A stretch of DNA of 64,000 nucleotides from Chlorokybus atmophyticus (lineage: Eukaryota > Plantae > Mesostigma and Chlorokybus algae): assembly GCA_009103225.1 (NCBI GenBank), contig RHPI01002262.1, positions 1,230,466 to 1,294,465 on the forward strand, given 5' to 3'. The position numbers and the translations under genes are program-made. Under the pieces are notes generated by a model, which worked only from the letters and a program-made list of their open reading frames with translations, did no database searches and was not told the DNA's origin. Shown piece by piece: positions 53,971 to 64,000 of the stretch (the first letter of the stretch is position 1; each line of letters starts with the position of its first letter).

Positions 53971-55637
53971 ATGCGCGGCGTCCAGGTGTGCAGTTTCTGC
54001 AGAGCAAACTTGGTTAGAAACGGCAACTTAAAACGGCTGCAACAGCATGAAGAGAAGTGCAAGCTGTACAGTGAGCAGTATGGCTTTTATGAAGCCTGCT
54101 GGCACCATAAGGCCCGGGAAGATAATGTGAGGCAGTGCAGGCTTTTAGCAAAATGCATGAAGTCAGACTTCTTTGTCGAGGAATGCACTTGCCTGCAATG
54201 CTCGCTCTCCAAGTTTGAGTGGGACGGCGAGCCCATGGATTACTTGCCTTGGGCCCGGCCTGGAGCATATCAGGATGGGCAGGAGTGTGATGTGGTGCGA
54301 CGTCAGCTCGCGCGCAACGGTCGCGGCAAGTCCACGGTCCAAGATGATCACAACAACAAAGTGAGTTGAACTGTCCTGTCCTGGCGCACAAACAGCGCTC
54401 TCATACGTAAGCAACTCACTCTTCAATGTTGAAGGGGAATGTAGCAGTAGTTGACGCAGTTGACGATACCGCGATAATAACTGCGTGGCGAAAGGAGATT
54501 GTTGATGAGGGGCAGTCTTTGGTAGCAAGCCGCGTCGTGGTATACTGGCCTGGAATGAGCACCTGGTATGCAGGCCGCATCATCACTTTCAATGCCAACA
54601 CACGTGTCCAAATGATGTAGAGTATGTGATGTACGTGCGCGTGTTCACGCAAGCCCTGGCTCAGTAAAACATGTGGCTCAGGAGAACATACCATCAAGTA
54701 CAACGATTACGATGAGGATCCGTGGCTGCACCACATCTTGTTGAAAAACTGGAACATCGCAGCTGTGCGTGAGGGTTACAACATGCAAGATGTCGTTGCA
54801 GTGATGGTTCGAGTTGGTGGTCAAAGCTGTCTGAGACTGCAAGACTTGCCTGGTCGCGAGCTCGATCGTTGGCCCAGGCCACCACCCCTTCTCGTAACTC
54901 GCACACCATGCGACTCAAGCGCTAGATGTTACAGGCCACGCGCATTGGATCTCTTTTGTGGTGCCGGTGGCGTTGCTATGGGTCTGTACAGGGCTGGGTT
55001 TGATGTTGAGGGTATAGACATTAAGCCACAGCCGGCATACCCATTCAAGTTCTGCCAGATGGATGCAATGGACGCTGACCTATCAGCATACGATGCAGTG
55101 AGGGCAAGTCCTCCATGCCAAGCTCTTAGTGGAGCCATTCCCACGACACAACGGTCCGCATACGGATATCGATGGGATCACGTCAACCTGATTGACCCCA
55201 TAAGAGCCAAGTTGCAGTCAAGCGGCAAGGCATGGGTGATAGAGAATGTCGCAGGCGCGTCAGGACACATGACAACTCACCTGAAGCTGTGCGGCAGCAT
55301 GTTCAAGTTGGATGTGTATCGCCATCGCATCTCCGAGACAAACCCTCCAGTGCGCTTAGACTTAGAATGCAACCACACTGGTTCTGCACTTGGAGAGCTG
55401 GCCACCCACCCGGAGCAGCGCCGGCAGTTGCTACCTGGGGAGAGGCAAATTTACCCGGTATACGGCCAAGCATCTTGCCGTGGTACAATTGCAGGGTGGC
55501 AGTCTGCCATGCAGGTGGAGTGGATGGATGCGGAAGCGGAAATCAAGAATGCTATTCCACCTATTTACTCTGAACATGTAGGCAGGCTGTTGCTGAAAGC
55601 GATAGGTTTCAATGTCGATTACCCTCCTTTTTACTGA
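53971..55637 (+). CDS. C2HC zinc finger, Tudor-like domain and bacterial/phage-type C5 DNA cytosine methyltransferase (504 aa, 3 exons)
   Basis: Exons 53971-54360, 54435-54603 and 54682-55637 give 1515 nt with no internal stop. CSFC-x15-H-x3-C; LVASRVVVYWPGMSTWYAGRIITFNANT|REHTIKYND; MTase motifs I (LDLFCGAGG), IV (ASPPCQ), VI (VIENV), VIII (LCGSMF..YRHR) and X (IKNAIPPIYSEHVG). Confidence 0.88.
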
Positions 55638-55722
55638 GACACGTAGAGGACTTTGCAGTTGTAAGCTCTCTTGATTGCCACAGAGGTCTCATTTGTGATC
55701 ACACCTGCAGAATGGTAAGGTT

Positions 55723-58389
55723 TCACTGAGGTTGCCGCTGCTGCTGCTCTTTGTGCTCGCACCGCTGCTTCCGCTGCTCCTTCTCCTGCTAGCACTGTTG
55801 CTTCCGCTGATGCCGCTTCTGCTCACGCTCCTGAAAGAGTTGCTGCTTCAGCTGCTCTTGCTGCTCGAGTGTTGGCTGCTGGCCTATCACTGCTCGCTCA
55901 CGCTCATGTTGACATTTCTTGGCCAGTTTCTTGCTTTGCCGCCGATCATCAATGTGTTCGCGTTTTTGCAACTTTAACATCTCCATGGGGTTTGCTTTGC
56001 GTGCGGAAAAATTCTCTCGATTGAGATGGTGCTTTTGCAAAGTCTCATTAAGCTCGTTTTCGTTTTGCTTGCAAGTGCGCACAAGCTCGTTGAACTGGTC
56101 ATCCCGCCAATCCTGGTTCAAAGGACCCTTTGCAACGCAATTGCGCACTCCTTTCTTAAGCCCCTTGAGAGAAAGCTGTAGTTTGAGGGCATCATCCACC
56201 TGCAGCGCTGTCGCGTTGGCAACCATACACAGATGTTCGAACTGCGCGTGAAACTCCTCCACTTTGCGACCTGCCTGCCGCAGATGGCGCAGCTTCTTAA
56301 AAGCGCCGGCAGGGGTGTTGTCCATTTGCGCAGGAGCTCGGCTGCGAGTACGACGGCGTTTGCGCTTCTTGCTTGTGGTGGCACGACAAGGAACACCAGA
56401 GGAAAGACTACTGGTTGATGTGCCAGATTCATCAGAAGAGCTCTCATTGCCCTGCATTGCAGCAAGCTCGGTGCCACATTGCACAACTCCACACTTGCTC
56501 TTGCACGCAGACAGCATGACAGTGCTCACCTGTCCATCAACTGGGCTCATGGGTTCCGCCTGATTCTGGACTTCCACCTCAACCTCTTGGTTGACCTGTG
56601 CCTGCTTGGCCTGAGCCTCAGGCTGCTCCTGCCTGGCCCTGGCTTCAGTCTCAGCCTGCTCCTGCCTGGCCCTGGCTTAAGTTTTAGCCTGCTCCTGCCT
56701 GGCCTTGGCTTCAGCATCAGCCTTGGTCTTCGCCTCACTCGCCTGCCTGGCCTTGGCCTCAGCCTGCTCCTGCCTGGCCTTGGCTTCAGTCTCAGCCTGC
56801 TCCTGCCTGGCCTTGGCTTCAGCATCAGCCTTGGTCTTCGCCTCGCCCGCCTGCCTGGCCTTGGCCTCAGCCTGCTCCTGCCTGGCCTTGGCCTGTGCTT
56901 GCTGCTTCAAGCTGGCCTCGACCTTCTTCATGCACTCTGGACCCATCCTCAGCTTTGGCTTTGGGACCTTTGCGCTTGCCTGGGTCTCAACCTTGCCTTC
57001 TCCCTTGGCCTGGGCCTCAGCCTCTTGCACACACACAACTTGCAATTGCACAGGGGGTCTACTTGAAGATGTAGGCGCCTGGAGTGGCGCCGATTTGGCA
57101 ATGGGTGCTGATTGCGGAGGACCATCAGGGTACAGGCAGCGCAGGACTTCTGGCATGTCACAGAGCTGCCATGAGAGCCTACCACTCGCATCGCCAAGAG
57201 ACATGTAATGCGTGCAGGCCTTGCTCGCGTCTGTATTGCCAATAATTACATAGCCAGCCACTTTCTGAATATCCTCGCCGATCAGCACCACAAGCTTGAT
57301 ATACTGCAGCTTTCCTTTGTCATAAGGTTTATAATACCTCCCGTCATCCCCTTTGCTGAGTACCCCCTTGTCCTCCGCTTCTAGGATGTACTTGCAGTCA
57401 CCAACCTCCTTGAGCTGCACGGTGCCAATGCGAATGCCCAGGGTGTGCGCCAGCAGCGCCAATTGCAGTTGATCCGCATAAACACCCTCATGACCGATCA
57501 CTTTCTTCAGAGCAACAACAGCTGCATCACCTTCATCTTTTCCATCGAGAACCGTTGTTACCCGGAATTTCTTGGCGGCCTTCTTGTAGTCCTCGCCCAT
57601 GTCACTAGAGGCCCCGTAGTTACGATACGTCCGTAACCAACGAACGTTGACCTGGTCAGCACACATCTTGCGCAACTTGGCAGCTTGATCTCTCGTATGC
57701 AGCTTTTTGCCGTTGTCCAGCACGATGCTTCGCCAGAAAGCCTCGTTGTTGATTGCGCCCATGCGTTCCAGGCACGGAGCGTTGACGGGAGGGCGCGACT
57801 GGGCAATATAAGAGTAGAATCAGTTGCCATCAGCATAGGCGTCAAAGAGCCGCAGCTTTGTCTCATGCAGCAGCAGCCCAATCAGCTCCGCCTCATCACC
57901 CGGTTGTGGAGGAGGTAGACCAGACTCCCAACGACCACCAGTAGATGCACGACCCGTTGATGTGCCCACTTCAGCTTCAGGTTCTCCGACAAAGTTCCCA
58001 AGGTTAATACTCGCAGCTGCTGCTTGCTTGTCACACAGCTTGCTGAGCTGCCGCCGCAAGAACTGATCCAACTTGACTCTCCATTCATGTGCGAGGGCGA
58101 GCAAATCAGCTTTCTCCAACCGCTGCTTGTATTTGACCACCAGCTCTTCCCATGTAGGGCAGTCTTCCTTTTCCTCTCTCCATACTCTTGCATAACCTAC
58201 GCAAAGGGCCTTGAAATCATTGAAAACCTCTTCGTCGGTCTTATTTGCCCGGATCTGCGGCTTCTTCACCTCTTTTCCTGGTTGCAATGACCAGTATGAG
58301 CACGAGTTGGTGTGAGAAAGTTTACACATTCCAAGAGTACCTGCACGCTGCTGCTGACCACTTGGCAAGACCTTCTGCTTTGGTGCCAT
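55723..58389 (-). pseudogene. OTU-like cysteine protease, AEAKARQEQ repeats, Gag-like domain and coiled coil; one frame broken by in-frame stops
   Basis: ORFs 57820-58473, 56677-57762 and 55789-56577 share one frame. OTU: DGN*FYSYIA, GVYADQLQLALLAHTLGIRI, THYMSL. Gag-like: LRHLRQAGRKVEEFHAQFEHL...LKGLKKGVR. Stops are TGA 57822-57820, TAA 56679-56677 and TAG 55791-55789. Confidence 0.75.
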
Positions 58390-58473
58390 TATGAACAACC
58401 TGTGTCGACACACACAGAGAAACTTACAAGCAGACACGAAGTGATCAAGTGAGCCAAGTTTGGAACTGAGCAA

Positions 58474-59606
58474 GCAGGGGCCTTACGCACGAGGCTGCCC
58501 CATGAGGTCAGCATGAACAGAGGCGTGAATTGACAACATGCAAGACAAGGTTTGCTTGAGGTTAGCATGAGCATGCAGGGGCCTTACGCACGAGGCTGCC
58601 CCATGAGGTCAGCATGAACAGAGGCGTGAATTGACAACATGCAAGACAAGGTTTGCTTGAGGTCAGCATGAGCATGCAGGGGCCTTACGCACGAGGCTGC
58701 CCCATGAGGTCAGCATGAACAGAGGCGTGAATTGACGACATGCAAGACAAGGTTTGCTTGAGGTCAGCATGAGCATGCAGGGGCCTTACGCACGAGGCTG
58801 CCCCATGAGGTCAGCATGAACAGAGGCGTGAATTGACGACATGCAAGACAAGGTTTGCTTGAGGTCAGCATGAGCATGCAGGGGCCTTACGCACGAGGCT
58901 GCCCCATGAGGTCAGCATGAACAGAGGCGTGAATTGACGACATGCAAGACAAGGTTTGCTTGAGGTCAGCATGAGCATGCAGGGGCCTTACGCACGAGGC
59001 TGCCCCATGAGGTCAGCATGAACAGAGGCGTGAATCAACGACATGCAAGACAAGGTTTGCTTGAGGTCAGCATGAGCATGCAGGGGCCTTACGCACGAGG
59101 CTGCCCCATGAGGTCAGCATGAACAGAGGCGTGAATTGACGACATGCAAGACAAGGTTTGCTTGAGGTCAGCATGAGCATGCAGGGGCCTTACGCACGAG
59201 GCTGCCCCATGAGGTCAGCATGAACAGAGGCGTGAATTGACAACATGCAAGACAAGGTTTGCTTGAGGTCAGCATGAGCATGCAGGGGCCTTACGCACGA
59301 GGCTGCCCCATGAGGTCAGCATGAGCATGCAGGGGCCTTACGCACGAGGCTGCCCCATGAGGTCAGCATGAACAGAGGCGTGAATTGACGACATGCAAGA
59401 CAAGGTTTGCTTGAGGTCAGCATGAGCATGCAGGGGCCTTACGCACGAGGCTGCCCCATGAGGTCAGCATGAGCATGCAGGGGCCTTACGCACGAGGCTG
59501 CCCCATGAGGTCAGCATGAACAGAGGCGTAAAAACGACGACATGCAAGACAAAATTTGCTGCAACATAGCCTGAGCATGCAGGGGCCTTACGCACGAGGC
59601 TGCCCC
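58474..59606. repeat. Tandem array of 101-bp units (plus two 47-bp deletion units) with 13 copies of GCAGGGGCCTTACGCACGAGGCTGCCCC
   Basis: Core starts at 58474, 58575, 58676, 58777, 58878, 58979, 59080, 59181, 59282, 59329, 59430, 59477 and 59579. The units are nearly identical. Confidence 0.97.
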
Positions 59607-61050
59607 CTACGATCAGCATGAGCAAGAATGGGCCTTGAAAGCGGTCAGCAAAACAAGCGCAAACAAAGAGGAGCGCGGCATGCACTACACCTGGCTTGCG
59701 AATTTTTCAAACCCTACCAAGCTGCCTATGAAGCTGCAAGAGATCTACACAAAGCGGTTGGAGCACCGATGCGAAAAGGCTTGCAGTACACCACCACAGC
59801 AACCACACCGCCTCCCGCTCACACCGCCGCCACCACCGGCCGCCGCCACCGCCGCCACAACCGCCGCCTCAGACCACGTCACGCAAGAAATGCTGCACTA
59901 CTGCAGGTGTTCAACTCCAAACCCTACAACCATGCACTATTCATTGAAGCAACCCTGTACCGCGCGTTAGGCGGCGCTGTACTGGGCAAGGGTCATTGAA
60001 TGATGTATTGCAAATTGGGTGCAATCGATCCATCTGTAAAAATGCATGTAGAGGGTATCAATTGCACCAGGCAGTTCTATATACAGCAACCAGGTATAGG
60101 CCGTCACTATAGAACAACCACATGGAAACAAAGACTGTAGTTGCACATGTGAAGGTTGTGTAATTTTGTGCGTGATACAAGTGCACATACAATTCCAGCA
60201 CTTGCACTAGACCAGCCCCCCTAGCTGTAGTTGTTGTGGTTGTGCCTGGTGTTGCTGGTTAATGTGACGGCTGGTGCACGGTGTGTGTAAATTGGGGGCG
60301 CCGCTATTTTCCTTGTACATGTCTAATGCATGCATATGCACATGCACTAGACATGTAACAGACTGCGCATGTAAGCATGTTGCGTACAGAGTACGCAAGA
60401 CATGCGTGTGATGGAGTACCCCGTATGCACAGACAGCAGCCGTTATAACAGCAGGTTCTCATTGCAGGCAGGCAGGAAGCACATGTATACAACGCCACTG
60501 GCCTATTGAAACTGGTCTTATGGCCCACTGATCAAGCAGCTAGGGGCCTACCGGAACCTAAAAAGCAAGACATTGATAGAGCAGCTATGTACAAGGTGAA
60601 AACTGCTGCTGACTCAATCAGAGTAGTCATAGCCGTGACCATCGCTATCGTAGTCTCCCATGGTGGCCTCGGTATACTCCGACAGCTCGCTATCGGATGC
60701 AGCGAGTGCCAGGAAGAGGTTGTAAATCTCCTCCCTCACGTTATCGGGGAGATTGGGCACCCTCCGGATGCGATAGCGCATGCGACGGAACTTGTACTTG
60801 TAGTGGGCGGCACGTACATTCTCCGCTATAACATCCTCCAGTTCTACACCAAGCCTGTCTATCTCTTGACGCTGTGCAGACACCTGCATTACTAAAGTTT
60901 GGTCACAATGCATGCTACCAACAGATATCAGCAGCTTACAGATAGTGCAAATCATACCTTCCTGCGCAAGTTGGCAACGGTTTGCCGCAGCTCTCTCACG
61001 TCGTGGCGCAGCCAAGCCGATATGCACAAGCATGCATGCCAACAGAGACA

Positions 61051-61570
61051 TACACAAACCAGAGCAAGCCTGCACAACAAGAAGGTTTACACACAGTGAG
61101 GTGGAATACCAGATTAAAGGCGTGGCGGCGAGGGAAGAAGGCGACGGCGCATGCCAACAGAGACTGAGCAAGAAGAGGCTGGTCGTGCGTTGACTAACTT
61201 GGTCAACACACAAACACATATGCACACACACATGCACAGACAATGAAGCATCTCAACTTTGTGCATACACAAACCAGAGCAAGCCTGCACAACAAGAAGG
61301 TTTACACACAGTGAGGTGGAATACCAGATCAAAGGGCGTGGCGGCGAGGGAAGAAGGCGACGGCGCATGCCAACAGAGACTGAGCAAGAAGAGGCTGGCC
61401 GTGCGTTGACTAACTTGGTCAACACACAAACACATATGCACACACACATGCACAGACAATGAAGCATCTCAACTTTGTGCATACACAAACCAGAGCAAGC
61501 CTGCACAACAAGAAGGTTTACACACAGTGAGGTGGAATACCAGATCAAAGGGCGTGGCGGCGAGGGAAGA
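61051..61570. repeat. Tandem repeat, ~216-bp unit, ~2.4 copies
   Basis: TACACAAACCAGAGCAAGCCTGCACAACAAGAAGG... starts at 61051, 61266 and 61482. Confidence 0.92.
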
Positions 61571-62315
61571 AGCACTGTGGGAAGAGAGACGGCGGCGGCG
61601 CCTTCGGAAACAAGACTACAACTGCAACAACCTTGACGCCCACATGCACACAACCGGCGTGGACGAGGGTTTCATAATGTGGCACCCTGTCAAGTCTCAG
61701 CCCATTGCTGAAAGCCTAGTGCGTCAGCAAAGGACTGAGAATTGATCGTCGCAAAGTCACCCTCGACGCTGCCGCCCACGCCGCTGATACTGCCGCCGCC
61801 CACGCCGCCCGCAACTCCAAACCCTGATTCGTACCTGATCGGTCCTGTTGAGCGATATTCTACTACCTGACACCCGCCTCTCAAATTGAGAGGCATGTGA
61901 GGGGTGTAACAGCTGGCCAAACGACTGTTTGCTCAACTCGGTGCAAATAGTCTGCAATTTTTGCTGATTGTGGCGGTGAGTCTGACAAGCCTGAGTTGAT
62001 AGGTAGCCCTGATGGGTATCATGTCGCTGTCACCCACGCCGCCATAGCCATGGCTAGCCATAATAGAGCGCCCATGTTCTTGTGGGGAATTCCCGTGCCG
62101 CCGCCGGTGCTAGTCTTTGTTGAGGAAGTCCGGTGCCGCCGCCCTCGCCGGTAAGCAGCTGATGGTCACCTGCGCTTGGGAGCGCTTGCTTGCTTGGTTT
62201 GTTTGCTTACCTGAACATCTGTGCGTGTGCCGGTGTGTGTGTGTGTGTGTGCATGTGTGGGTGGGTGGATGGGTTGGGCTTGTGTTGTTACTTCTCGTGG
62301 TTGGGGCAAAACGCA

Positions 62316-62490
62316 GGGGCAGCCTCGTGCGTAAGGCCTCGGTGACCTTCCCTGCGCCCTTGCACAAGTTGGTTGGGGGAAAACGCTTGGGCAGCCTTGT
62401 GCGTGAGGCCTCGGTGACCTTCCCAGCGCCCTTGCACAAGTTGGTTGGGGGAAAACGCTGGGGCAGCCTCGTGCGTAAGGCCTCGGTGTC
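62316..62490. repeat. 72-bp tandem repeat carrying three reverse-orientation copies of the motif from the 101-bp array
   Basis: GGGCAGCCT(C/T)GTGCGT(A/G)AGGCCTCGGTG at ~62316, ~62388 and 62460. Confidence 0.92.
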
Positions 62491-62729
62491 CAGGTTGCAT
62501 GCTTGCATTATGCGTGTGGTTTTCAGTAGTTTTGCGGTGGTCACCTGCGCTTGGGTGCGATTGCTTGGATGGTTTACTTGCTTGCCTTCACATATGTGCG
62601 TGTGCCTGTGTCTGTGTGTGGTGGTTGGGGGGGGGCTTGGGCTTGTGTTGTTGCTTGTTGTGGTGTGTAAGTTTCCTTCGATTGCAAACCCGTGCACTCA
62701 GTCATACCTGCGTGCATGTACATGCAGGT

Positions 62730-63168
62730 CATGGAAGCATCCGCGAGCGGAAGCCTGGCAAAGCGTCCCAAGACGCATTCAAAGACGCCTCAGCCATTGC
62801 CATACATGAGTCCAGAATTGACTGACAAACTTTTCCAGGTGGGCAAGCGCCCGGGGAAGGTGCAGCGCTGGTTGGGGAAGGTTAGCATCGGTGACGGATA
62901 CAAGCAGTGCAAGCTTGATGACTGGGCGGTATCCACGCATGGCTACGAGGACACTGGCCCTTTTGCTATTCGAACCGTTGTGAAGGGTCCTGTAACGTGC
63001 AATGTATCGCAGCATGAGAGAGCCACCAGCCTGGCGGCGCCGCCCGACCCTGTGCCCGACCCTGAGCCCGCTCCCATGCCACTGCTCACGTCCTTCGATG
63101 TTGGCGTCATTGGCTACACTGCTGTGCGTCTCACCATCGAGACCGTCAATCAGACTCCAGTTGGCTAG
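62730..63168 (+). CDS. Hypothetical protein, unrecognised
   Basis: Open frame MEASASGSLAKRPKT...FQVGKRPGKVQRWLGKVSIGDGYKQCKLDDW...TPVG* with protein-like composition and no known motif. Confidence 0.3.
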
Positions 63169-63558
63169 AGCCTTGCATCGGGATCAGTTGTGGGGGATGT
63201 GCTGCGCGCTGGGCCGATCATACCTATCGTGGATGGACCTTGGCCCATGCAGCTACCCGAGGCCCAGTGACTCTGTGCACATGCAATGCGTGTACAGTTT
63301 TGTGCAGGTTCAGGCTGTCGTAGTGGTGCTGTCTGAGCCATGTACCAGGTTCAGCAATGACCTTGGCCAGTGACATTGGCGAGCACTTGGCCCATGTATA
63401 TATATCCTTGCATGTAAGTATGTGTAGATGCATGTGTGCGATCAGTCTGCAGCACTGCATTAAAGAATGCAATGGTGGGAGTACAACTTAGGCTGTGTAC
63501 ATGGTCTGCTGATGTCCGTCACAGATTGCATTCCCCGACATGTGTTGGTGTATGTGCT

Positions 63559-63680
63559 GGGGCAGCCTCGTGCGTAAGGCCTCGGTGTCCTTCCTTGTGC
63601 CCTTGCACAAGTTGGTTGGCGCAAAACGCTGGGGCAGCCTCGTGCGTAAGGCCTCGGTGTCCAGGTTGCATGGTTGCATT
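63559..63680. repeat. Second copy of the 72-bp repeat block (two motif copies)
   Basis: GGGGCAGCCTCGTGCGTAAGGCCTCGGTGTCC at 63559 and 63631. The CCAGGTTGCATG..TTGCATT tail is shared with 62490. Confidence 0.9.
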
Positions 63681-63861
63681 GTTCTTGCAAATGCGTCTGC
63701 AGTTGTGATGGTTGTGGGTGAGTTGTCAACTACTACTACCAGTGGGGCTCGCAACATCCACATTAGTGTGGAACTCGTGAGCCACACTGGCAGTAGTAGT
63801 TGACAACTACGGGTTGTCGCTCCGCCTAAACAGATGTTCGAGTTATTTATTCTTTATTATC

Positions 63862-63910
63862 GCAATTTGGTACACTATAGTACATAAGCAATTTGGTACA
63901 CTATAGTACA
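63862..63910. repeat. Short direct repeat (23-bp core x2)
   Basis: GCAATTTGGTACACTATAGTACA at 63862 and 63888. Confidence 0.9.
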
Positions 63911-64000
63911 CGAACGCAACATTATTCATTGTCATCTTTGTGCTTGTGACAGGCGGCATTTATTATGGTAGGTCGGAGACAGAGTCGTGAGTCGTGACTG

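Noticed and set aside
58474-59606. CRISPR-like repeat-spacer array
   Set aside because: The sequence between core motifs is near-identical in every unit, so there are no unique spacers. No cas genes are present and the context is eukaryotic.
41100-64000. Endogenous giant-virus insertion or bacterial contamination as the source of the MTase
   Set aside because: No viral hallmark genes (capsid, polB, packaging ATPase) are seen. The genes have spliceosomal introns and sit among eukaryotic transposases.

Overview
Eukaryotic, intron-rich genomic DNA. The gene set (LIR1-like, FLD/LDL-like, TBL, HIP-thioredoxin, possible flagellar docking-complex protein) suggests a flagellated green or streptophyte alga; this is inference only. 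The first ~37 kb hold host genes with CA/GT-microsatellite-rich introns: ZIP zinc transporter, LIR1-like protein, degenerate CENH3-like fragment, coiled-coil protein, secreted Cys-rich protein, TBL/PC-esterase, THEP1-type NTPase, LSD1/FLD-like demethylase and HIP-TPR-STI1-thioredoxin. AT-rich spacers and two N gaps separate them. From ~41 kb to the end is a transposon-derived block. It has a degenerate Plavaka-like transposase (+) converging on a CACTA/EnSpm transposase (-), which a manually traced splice path extends into PHD, C5HCH, SIM-like and SENP6/7-type SUMO protease domains. Head-to-head with that gene is an open 3-exon gene for a C2HC finger, a Tudor-like domain and a bacterial/phage-type C5 DNA methyltransferase. 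Next come an interrupted OTU protease/Gag-like ORF and tandem arrays sharing one 23-bp motif. The best candidate for a new system is this chromatin-toolkit DNA transposon. No database searches were run; family calls rest on recognised motifs and splice models were traced by hand. No element termini were found.
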